Source of the DNA: Lepidodermella squamata
Lineage: Eukaryota; Animalia; Gastrotricha
DNA: 64,000 nt
Assembly (NCBI GenBank): GCA_047495785.1
Contig: JBLDXI010000074.1
Location: 620,001-684,000 of the forward strand
Reading direction: 5' to 3'
Shown here piece by piece: positions 50,901 to 61,344 of the stretch (position 1 is its first letter; each line of letters begins with the position of its first letter). The position numbers were made by a program, and so were the translations under genes. The notes beneath the pieces were generated by a model that worked only from the letters and a program-made list of their open reading frames with translations, had not been told where the DNA came from and made no database searches.

Positions 50901-53900
50901 AAAGCAAATAAGCGCGCATGGTCACTTCGGAACGGCCCCGCAAATGTTTTGGAGAACTATGAACTCGGCCATGAAGAAAAATGCGTCTACAGCTACTTAC
51001 GTTATGAAAGACTTGCTTATCGACAGGCGCTCATAACCTCTGATGCAGGGAAAGTTGAGGCGATGGGGATATTCCTCGAAAATACGTTCTCTGAATGCAA
51101 GGATTTACAATTAACCGCAGAAGACCGGCTATAAACCGCCAAAACCGCCGCCACCTTACCTTGCTTCGAAATTGGAATCATGGATGTAGAAGCGAAAAGT
51201 ATTTTAAATACAGAAATGATAAGAAGCCGCATTCGCGATCTCAAAATGAAAGCTCCGGGCCACGACAACATTCATAACACTCTGCTAAAAAGCATCCGAC
51301 AAGATGATTCAAATTTTGCTCTTTTTATATACAAGCATTTCGATATTCGGCTTTGTACCGTCAGCGTGAAAAGTAGCTGTGATTATTTTATTACCCAAGC
51401 CAGGCAAAGATCACCAATCACCGAAAGGCCACAGACCCATATCTCTCCTGCCAGCTATAGGCAAACTATTCGACAAAATCATGAACCGAATTTGCCTATA
51501 TGCAGGTTACGTTCTGACGCAATCGAAACCCTCTGAGGAATATGAAACTGCCTTTGAGTTCTAAAGCAAATGGTTGGTTCCATTGATAGGTTGCACGCAA
51601 TCACGAACTATTTTGAACCTGATGTGCTCCTTGTATTGAGGTGTTTGTTCCCGGGCGTGGAAATAAAAGGATGCCTGTTTCATTACTGCAAGTGCCTTCT
51701 GATATGAATTAAAGAAAATGGAAGAAATGGCGAAGAAATGATGGGGCTGAGATCGGGCCTAAAACGATCAACTTCCTTGATACTGCCGTGTATATTGATA
51801 ATGGCTGTCTTTCGTGCAAATCTCATCGTAAACCTATGGCGTCAAAACATATTCTGCTGGCCAATCCGTTCCACCCCAGTGTGGTAAAACGCAACGCTTT
51901 GTACAGATAGCTAACCGCATGGTCAAGTACACGCACTCATCGCTAGCCAAGGACAGCGGCTACGATGTTGACCTCATCGAAAGAGCCATTCACTGGTACT
52001 TTCACTAAAACAGCCCAAGCCAAAAAAGCTAAACATAGCCAGGCTGTCACTGCCATATATTGGAGATAATGTAGCCAACAGGCTGAAAGATTCAGTAAAA
52101 AAGCTAACGGCATTCTTTCAACGGGACATCCAGATTTGTTGGAAATCAACCACCTTGAAGTTAACAGTCACGACACGGTTCGCTGATTACAAACATACCA
52201 ACTACAAATGTTGGGGCTGTCTATGTGGCCTGACTAGAAAGTTTCTAGTCTGATGATGGCTCGCGAGAAGGCTGAAACGTCACTCTAAACGTTCTTTGCC
52301 GATACATTTTCTCTTCAAACTATACCCTACACGGGTGTTTATATCTAGTCAACAACCAATATAGCAATAATAGAAATGTTATCCTATGCTAAATTAATCA
52401 ATTCACAACTCTCAGCGTTATTATACTTTTATCGATAACAATAAAATGGCAAACATACCGTAAGCAGAATCGAAATCGCCACAAGCTCGATACAGCCGAA
52501 TGAGACACCCAAGTCGCGAGGACTCAACCGCTTCGGAGTAATCCACGCGCCGCTTTTTCGCCCCTGAACCTTCATCGCAGTCGAGATGTTCGTCTTTCAC
52601 GCCGAATTTATTAACAAAATCAGGCAGTTGAGATGCCTTGGTGGGGCATAGAGTCGACTCGAGTAGTGCGATAGCCCCCTTGGTGTGTTGCCCGCTTGCT
52701 ATTCCAGCACTCGTTATCAAATGGCGATCGACAACAGGAATTGAAACTAGAAAAACATTTAATCGAAAAGCTCAAATTATCAATATTTATATGCCCAATC
52801 AAATAAATGGTTCGGCTATTACCGATCCAGTTGGTCGAATTTTTCCGGATTTTTTCATTTTTATTAATTCACTCTCTATTTCAATTTTCAATTTTTTCCA
52901 GCCTTGAAGATTATTTCTAGTCGCGTTATTTTGCGCGATTTCGTAGAGATGAAAAGTTGAAAAGGGCATTTCAAGTGAAAAAAAACATTTGGAATTGTGA
53001 AAATACCAGAAAATAATTAGAGTCAAGAACTTACAGGAATGCATTGTGGAGAAAATGAAACCGACCAAAGCTTGCGATTTTCGTCTGTCTTTGACTTGCC
53101 TCAGCAGTGTATCAAAACTCTCCGATAGACAAGTTTTCAACGCCAAAGCAATTGCTTCGCTGTTTTTCACTTCCATTTGAATCAAATTTGCAAGAAATCT
53201 CCCGGCTACGGCTCCACTTTGCTTAAGCATAGCTCTTAAATTCGAGTTCAATTCCGATTGATTCGATTCAATGCCGGTTAAGATCGAACTTTTACGCCAT
53301 CTCTTCATCGTCTGCGTTTGAGCAGCTGCAGAACTGACTTGTTCAAAGTGCCTCAGCGTCAATTTTTGAACTAAATCTCTTCGATCGAATCTCTCGAAAT
53401 TTTGCGAATTGCTCATCAAAGCGTCGAAACATGAAACAGCCAATGAGGATAACACCCAAAATGGGTATCTCGACAGCTCGTTTTGGCAAACAACGAAGTC
53501 GAGAAACGAAAGCAATCGGACAATTGGTTTCGAAAATTTCGGCGAGACAATTGCGCACTTGTCTTCCGCTAATTCAGACCAAAATGCGAGATTTTCGTCG
53601 AAAGTAGCCTCGTTCGAATCCCCGAATGCCTTGAAAGCCATTTGAAATAGCGAGTTTTTCGAATTTTCAGTTAAATTATTGATTTGAATCGCGATTTGCC
53701 GCAAAACCTGATAGGCCAAAACACGAATTTCCCACGCATTCGAAGAAATCGCAATCTTCAACGCATAATCCGAATTCAGGAGCAAATTTTGACAATCGTC
53801 ACTCAAATTTGAGTTCTTAATTGCGAGAAGACACGCTGATAGTAAATGACCCCAAACTGGAAGCAAAGAACCGTCTTTAGACAAAATACTCGGCGGGGCG

Positions 53901-56900
53901 AGTTTCCGCATAATTTCACAAGCCCTGGGAATTACTTCAGTCGACATTGCTCCAACTGAAGCGGCGAATTCCAAGACACAAGATTGAGCTTGGGTAGAAG
54001 TGAAAGCTGCCAGTGACAAAGCTGATGGCAAATATTCATTAGACAGCAATTCAGCAAAGCCAGGTAATTTATTTCGGTCCTCAGATGTCGTAAAATCTGC
54101 CACAAATAGCACCAATTCAGCCCAAAAATCGGCTTTGCTCGTCAACCAGGAATTCAACCCATCTTTCAACGCATTTTTCGCTTCAAATTCGTCGAACTCC
54201 AATCGATTTTGCGGTAGAAGACCCCTCATAAATATGTGATAAGGCAGTGAGAGAGCCGCAAAACCAAATATTGGCCTCTCATTTTGAGCCAATAAATTCA
54301 TCCGAAGGCCGTATGGCGATAAAAGAGGTAAAATCAACCCGAAATTTTCAGATTTCAACGAATAACCAGCATCTAACATCGCGATTATGACTCTCAAAGC
54401 AATGAAACAGTCTTGAGGTGTGGAAAATGTTGAAATCATGCCAATCATTTCTCGAGGGATCGGTCGTCCTGCTTCAGGGATCCACTTTTTCAAACCTTCC
54501 ATCAAAATATCGACAGTCTGAAGGCAAAATTGACGAATTTTTGAAACATTCGAATTTTCAAGTTGACTCGACAAAGTTTGAGCGATTTTCGTCGTTGTTG
54601 AAGCAATAACTTGATCAATTAAAAACCAATCGATTGAGATACCAGAATTCAAGTCGAAATTTCGGACCAGAACTTCGAGCAAATCATTAACGAAATAATT
54701 CAACGGAAATTGTGAGCAGATCAATTTTTGGCTATTAATCAAAACTTTAGCCAAGGTTTCAAACATCAGCGATTCGAAGCCGATTTGAAATTCAACTGAA
54801 TCGATAAGGAGCCGGAGTAAAAATTGAGCGACATTAATCCCGTCGAAACCACTTGTTGAATTCGCAATTTTATTCACAATTTCCGACAGCCATTTTTGGC
54901 TATTTTGCGATTTCGGAACCAATTTTACAGCTCTCAAAAATGAGGAATAGACCCCGTGGTTACGAATCGGGTCAGATTCTTCCGGCTCCAAACCGTAATT
55001 TCCAATCGTAACGCCTCCAAACAATATTTGCCAGAAATGTTCGGGCTTCTCAGTCAATAGAATCGGCTCGATCGCTGCTGGTCGTTTCGAGCAAACGATA
55101 GCCGAAACCAAAGCGAAAACTCTTTGCTGCAGATATCGATATAGCTCGAAAATAGGATCACCCGGAACATTTGTAACCGAACTGCACTTGCATTTTGATC
55201 GAAAATCGTAACATAATGCTGCCAGACCTTTGTGGCAATGATCGGGAATTTTATCGACGATTTTCTCAGAATCGATGACTGAAATCAAAACAGCCATAGA
55301 CATAAGGCTTTTGTTCACCAGATCGCAACGATGCGTGAAATCAGTCGCATCGATTGTGCCAACCAAGTTCGATATTGATTGATTCAATTCAACCCCGAAT
55401 TCGTCCAAATATTTCAACAAGGCCGGGATTAATTCCGGAAAATCGCTCAATAATTTTGAAATTAAAAACGAAGCCTGATCATACGTTGACTGCCATAATT
55501 TCGTCGATGAGCTGACTGGTTTCGATTGAGCAATTTTATTCAGCGTTTCTTTCAAGCAAAAAGTCTGGAGATCGAGGCTCGGCAGCCTTTTCAGAAATTT
55601 CAACGATTTTTCAAGGAACGGCTCAGAAATTATCTGGCAATTTTGAACCAGTAACAACGTTACATCCTGAAGAAACCAGTTCGAATAACATTTTTCCATT
55701 GAAGTCAAAATTTGACACATAGCGAGGCAAAACGCAATTTGTTCCGAATTTCCAACAGCCGAAGTGGTTAATCTCAGATTATTTTTGTCCAAAAATAGGC
55801 CAAGCGCTACTCGCAACGGACCTGTATCCATGGAGGCAAGTTTTGAACTGAATAGTGGTAAAGTCTTCAAAAAAGTCATCGCGGTCGTCTCTCGAATGTA
55901 AGTTGAATTCGTTGAAACTTCGCGTAGAAAAGTCGAGATGAAAAATGTGATTTTCGCCAAATCTCCAAAATTCAGATTATCAGGTGTTATTTGAAAATTC
56001 GCTTTTGAAATCGACGATAACAGAGTCAAAAACAACTCTTTATCGGTTATTCGACTGCTTAACTCTGCAAGTAAACTCAGCCAGGTTGGAGGTAGCTTTT
56101 CTTCGCTTGAATCGGCAAAAGAATCGAAAAGCTTGATGAGAAATTGAACGACTCTGCATGGGCTGAATTTCGAATTTTCAACGTTTTTCCGAAGAAATTC
56201 GCACAAATCAGAGCAACGATTTACCAAGAGAATTCGAGAAACAGATCGTAATGCAACGAGCGGTTCAGCTTGCAAGAAGATCTCATCCACAGCCGTGCCA
56301 AAATCTTCGACGGTCAAGTTTTCCAGAATCATTTCAAGTACAACCGATTCCTTTGAATACGGAAAATGGACATCGCTCAATCCGATGACTGATTTGCTAG
56401 ATTCCCAGTCTACTTTTCTGCAATTATTAGAGAATTTGTGGCTGATCAACAGGTTGAGACCATCGGAATTCAAGTCGAAAAACGAATCTCGGAGATACTC
56501 AGCAACATTCTCACATCGCTTAGATAGTTTACTCAAGGCAATGCATAGCTCATATTTTAAATAGGACGGGATATTCAAATCGATTTTGAAAACGTCGGCA
56601 CCAATTTTAGCGATTTTGAGAGCTATTTCAGAATCTGTTTCTTTCAAATTACACATCAGCAAACAGAAGTTTGACACACACTTCGGGTATAATTCAGGTG
56701 GATCGAAGGCCAACATTTCGATTTGAGAGAAGATTTCGGCGAGTTTAAACGATGACGGGTCGACATTTGACCGGGATGAAATTTCCAGCCATTCAACGTA
56801 AGCTAATAAAACCTCAGGACCATTTGAAAATTCTGACTCATCCGGAGAAATCGGAAGTTGCAAGCTCGAACTCACGGCCAAATGCATTTTCCGAGAAATT

Positions 56901-59900
56901 CTCGACATTTTACGAGGATTCAACATGCAAGCCTTGATCGAGCTGAAAAATTCGGGCGAATTCGCCGCGTTATCACATTTAATATTTCGAGCTATATTAG
57001 AAACAGCTGAAAGTCGAATTTTCCCATGAATAGAAAATGGGTCGTCATCGAGTTTTTCCATTGAATTCATCGTATCCAAAACAAACTTAGAATCAGGTAT
57101 TTTTGAGCTTGAACGAAAACTTTCGCCCAAAATCCAAAGCGCCTTAGTAAAAATGGCTTGATCGTCGGAATTCGCAACTGTTCGAAGCAAATAATCACTG
57201 ACCGGTGAATTTTCGCATTTATTAGCGATTTCGAGTAAAAACGGGTCCGAGATCGGGCAGCTTTTTAATAGCGACCTTAGACATGCTTGAATGACTTCGC
57301 CAAGGTCATTTTCATCATTTGAAGCCAATAAGGCAAACAAAATTTCCGATTGAAATTCGGTCAACTCAGAATTTGGGTTCAACTCAAGGTACTTGAAGAG
57401 CTCTTTCAGCTCTGGTTTTCGACAAAAATTCTTCAAATTTGGCAAAAGAGCCTTTTGCAGGAATCTGATTTGATTAACAAAGCTGCCAGCAACTTCTAAT
57501 CGAAGCCCTGAAGTTTCAGGGATCGCATTAAATAAATCCTGCAACACTTTGTTAAACTTTTCTTCGTTTACTAACCCAACTTCTTTAGCCTCGAAACTTG
57601 AGCTTGATGAAAATTGAGCCGTCAATTCGACTAATTTCGCCTCTCCGTTGCTGTTTGAGAATAGTAAAGACACCAAAGACCGATTTTCAAGAAGTTGTCG
57701 AACAAAACCACTCGCAATGTCTTTTTCAAACGGCATCGCTTCATCGGGAGATGTGTTTTCATTAAATTCGTCCATCCAATTTGTTAGAGATTCCATAATT
57801 TCGAATAAAATGTCGACTTTTGAATAATTTTCAATTTTGAATGAGCCAACAATTCCGAGAATTTCTCGAATATTTCGTGAAATTATGCCAAAATCGTCTT
57901 TTCGCTGAGCCAGCCTGGGATAAGGAATCCACAGGAAACATTGCAAAATCGATAGCAAGGACTCAGAATTCTCAATAAAATGCCAGTTATTCAAGCGATA
58001 TAAAACATGGCTGATGAGATCGCCGAGCAATGCATCATTACTCGGATCCAACTTGAAAATCACAGATAGCATCGTGTATAAACTCGAAATCGATCTAATT
58101 TGCAAGAATCTTTCCGATAACAGCAAATATTGAATAGGAATCAGAATTAACGGACTTCGAAAATCTTGAAAGTCCCGAATTAAGGGTGCAACCTCTTGAC
58201 ATATCTTGGCAATGTTCGGCAAATTCGTCGAATCCAAGTCTTGAATAGAGTCATCATCGCAAAAATTTACAATCAATCGATAAGACTCTCTGAGACCAAT
58301 TGATAGAATTCGCCTATTGAAATCAACCGATTGATATTCTTTCACAATTTGGCCGAAACTGGGCGATAACTTCGGGAAATTTGAAACGAGTTTCGTGAGC
58401 AAATAGTCAGCTTCACATGTCATTTTTTGCGAATCTAGCATCGTTAAGGTGGATTTTAACATTTTCGCGAATCTCACCGCATCTTCGGTGCCTTTTACGA
58501 AAGATATCAACCCAACCTCGCGCAGAAATAACTCTGAAAACGTGTTGAACATCAAGGAATCGAGAACTTTCGGCACATTGCTTATTAATGTGATCAACGT
58601 TGATAACCGAGATAGTGCTTGATGACTCGGATCATCGTCTTCGAACTCTGAAATTTCTTCAGTAGACGCCAAGGAAATTTTCAATAATTTTGACATTAGA
58701 GAGTTGATCAGCTCAACATGAGTGACCCGACCTTGAGAACCGTCCATAGACAAGCTGCTCGATTCTTCGGATGATAACCAAGCCGGGGCTAGGTATGAGT
58801 AGCATAGGAAAGCCTGGGAATGGTGGTGAGATCTCGCTCGTTTGTCCGATAAAATCGCGGCTAGACACGACAGATGACGATTTAAAACCTGTTTATTCGA
58901 ATCAGAGCTAAGCAGCTTTCCAGCGTTCAGGCAAAGCGCTTCAATTAAACGACCACTTGCGGAATTCAAATCGCGAGATTTGGCCCAGATTCCGTTCGAA
59001 GCGCAGTCCAAAATCACGGGAGCAATCTGGTCCGAGACTAAATTGTTCGCGAATAATTTAGAACCGAATTCGGCCAGAAAATCGAAAAGTGGCACCAGAA
59101 CTGCTGACACTGAGTTTAGTTGACGATAGTTTGGCCTCTTCAGCTTCATTTTCTGCTTTTGGCCACGAAATATCCGCCTTTGAGCTAGATATTTTTGCTG
59201 ACTCTCAGCTGTCATAAATACGTTAGTCTTCTTCGACTTTTTCAGAATTTCGACTAGTTGATTGAGCAAATCGTGCTGTGAGAGATTGCTTTTGAAAAAG
59301 TCGACAAAATTGGGCGATTGGCGGAAATAAGTCAAAATCGCCCTGATCGAAGCAGCGCAAATCAGCCACTCCGTTTTCTCCCCACGAACTTGCTGCTTCA
59401 ACATGGCGACGAAATAACGAAAGTATTGCTGTGGTCCACTGTCGGTCAAATCGTTGAGTAAAGAAGCATCCACCATCGTTTCGATGAGGTCAATCAAAGC
59501 AATATTAACCGAGTTCTTTAATACTTTCGTTTGTCCAATAGTTGACGTGAGCATTTTCTGAATTCCAACTGAATCGATACGATTTTTCCAGGAATACAAT
59601 TTTGATTCTAATTGACTGGCTTGCTCATCCGGGTTCGCGTTTTCATCGTTCTGGTCGTTGGTGAAATCGTCAGTAGACGCGATCTTCAATCGATTAATCA
59701 TTTCTGTTATGGCATTTAATGCAGAGGCCTGAACAGAATTGCAATCACTAGCTCGAAAAACTCGTAAGCCTAGGACCTGGAAAACTATAATTTAAAACTC
59801 AGGTCAAATCAAGTTCCCAATCTTGATACCTTAACTTCGGTAATATATCGCGACGATAAATCGGCTATTTCGACTTGTTTAACGAAATAGTACAACGATT

Positions 59901-60262
59901 TTGCAAAATTCAGTTGGGTCTCTTTCGACATGACAGAAACTGATGCAACCAAAGACTGAAGCTGGCAGAATTTATCCGACAAATCGAAATTGTTGGACTC
60001 ACTTCTACCTCCTTGAGATAAAGAGCCTGTAAATTTGTATTGGCAAATGACATAAAAAATATGCAAAGAAGGATAGTCTGCACTCACTTTGATTGCTGCT
60101 TTCATCGGTAAACAAGCTGTCATTTTCACCAGAAGTCACACTGGATTGTGGGAGCTCGGTGACGATGTTTTGCGTGCTCTTCTCGTAAACATACGGAGCT
60201 TCCAAAGCTCTACGCAATATTTCGCATTGAGCATCAACTTCGTCCAGTTTTACGCCGCTCAT
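44934..60262 (-). CDS. PRKDC: DNA-dependent protein kinase catalytic subunit, divergent, ~3560 aa; exons 60262-60088, 60026-59830, 59776-53035, 52746-52459, 50620-50361, 47954-44934
   Basis: PIKK motifs of DNA-PK type: SLRRPVRI, LLCKSGDNLGQDQ, LGIGDRHLKN, DFGYAYGSATSQLAVPELVPFRLT, FATC end YSGWQSYV, and LYRACGDFD. Exon phases are all compatible (10683 nt, a multiple of 3). Confidence 0.88.
48090..48700 (+). mobile_element. Degenerate non-LTR retrotransposon RT fragment in a PRKDC intron
   Basis: From 48601 translates GVKKGDPLSP*LFCIFIDNL, a decayed GVxQGDPLSPLLF RT motif. Confidence 0.65.
49081..49104. repeat. (TGAGAAT)x3 short tandem repeat
   Basis: tgagaattgagaattgagaattga. Confidence 0.7.
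49794..49870. repeat. AT-rich ~10-bp minisatellite (ATTTGAAGTT / ATTTAAGTTT)
   Basis: Read directly. Confidence 0.75.
50860..51490 (+). mobile_element. Frameshifted LINE (Jockey/I-like) ORF2 remnant
   Basis: KAPGHDNIHN..LK and IILLPKPGKDHQSPKGHRPISLLPAIGKLFDKI, the pre-RT/RT-start motifs. Confidence 0.85.
51491..52160 (+). mobile_element. Degenerate MULE (Mutator) transposase remnant
   Basis: YVLTQSKPSEEYETAF, LFPGVEIKGCLFHYCK (FP..GCxFH motif), GHPDLLEI; stops and frameshifts. Confidence 0.7.
52247..52284 (+). ncRNA. Minimal type I hammerhead ribozyme motif (Penelope-like), probably degenerate
   Basis: AGT-CTGATGA-TGGCTC(GCGA)GAAGGCT-GAAAC-GTC-ACT. Confidence 0.55.
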
Positions 60263-61220
60263 TAGTGCGAATTACAGTTCAAAATTAAACATCTATAAGT
60301 GATTAACAATTTATGAAAGTGTAGCTCGGGGATTCACGGCTGATAAGCAATCGATTCTGCAAAATATAAATGGACGTTTGCAACCTCACATCTGCGAAGA
60401 GCCACGAATAAGTATGCATGTTCGCAGGTGACCTGTACTGAGGATCAATGCAAACCAACCCTCTCTAAATGTGAAACGCATTGTAAAGATTTTTTCGCGT
60501 CCGAATACTTCGGCGACTAGGCAATTAAAATGATACCCTATCTCTCATTTTATCATTTAGTCGGAGAAATGCTTATCAAAAAGCAGCTAAGTTCCAGATA
60601 GCGCACGATTGCGCAACTTTGACGCGCTAACTAGACCCATACCCTACTTTCAGATCAGCGTTGGCCTGGCCTTGCTAAAACCGAAACGCTTGCTTTCGCA
60701 GAAAAGGAACTTCTTTATGATCCAAACTTGACGTTAACTCGAGTTTAACAGTTGACAGTTATGCTTCGACATCGCCGGATGTGCACCTTGATAAGATGCG
60801 TGCACCTTGGACACATTAGAAGTTGAGAATTTCATTGCTAGCAGACAGCGGAGTGCCCACATAAGCGACGGCCAACGGTTTAGGCCCACGGCGAAGGAAT
60901 TGTGCAACATCTGTCTGCGAGAGAAGCTTGACCAATTGCTGACCGCTGGCTAACTGGCTGTTAAATTTCCACACCCACCTAAGTATTCTTTATCATTCCT
61001 TCAATGTTGTTCCTACTTTATCCTTCTACGTACGCTTTAGCAATGGATTCACCTTCGAGCTTCGAAACTTCGAAAACCTTGAAAATACTTCCGAAAACGT
61101 TTTTGAAAATGATCGACTTTCCCGCGTGGCTTCAAACGGTCTTCGCATATTTTAAGTATATTTTATTAATTTATATTTAAAAACTCATTAATGTGAGGAT
61201 GTCATTAAACTATTATTTTC

Positions 61221-61233
61221 GTCGCCTGGCAAC
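61221..61233 (+). promoter_or_regulatory. RFX X-box upstream of TSNAXIP1
   Basis: GTCGCC-T-GGCAAC matches GTNRCC(N0-3)RGYAAC, ~110 nt before the ATG of a motile-cilia/sperm gene. Confidence 0.65.
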
Positions 61234-61344
61234 TGGAAAACAAGCTTCCGAGGTAAATGACAAGCCCATATGGCGTAACCTCCGTCAACGATAATCTGTC
61301 AGAGCGAAACTTCTGCGGTTTTAGAATCAAACTTGCCCAGCACC

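Noticed and set aside
52747-53034. Last ~79 codons of the 2300-aa ORF as a true C-terminus, making it a separate gene
   Set aside because: Read-through into a phase-1 GTAAGT...TTTCTAG intron; splicing continues into DNA-PKcs FAT sequence
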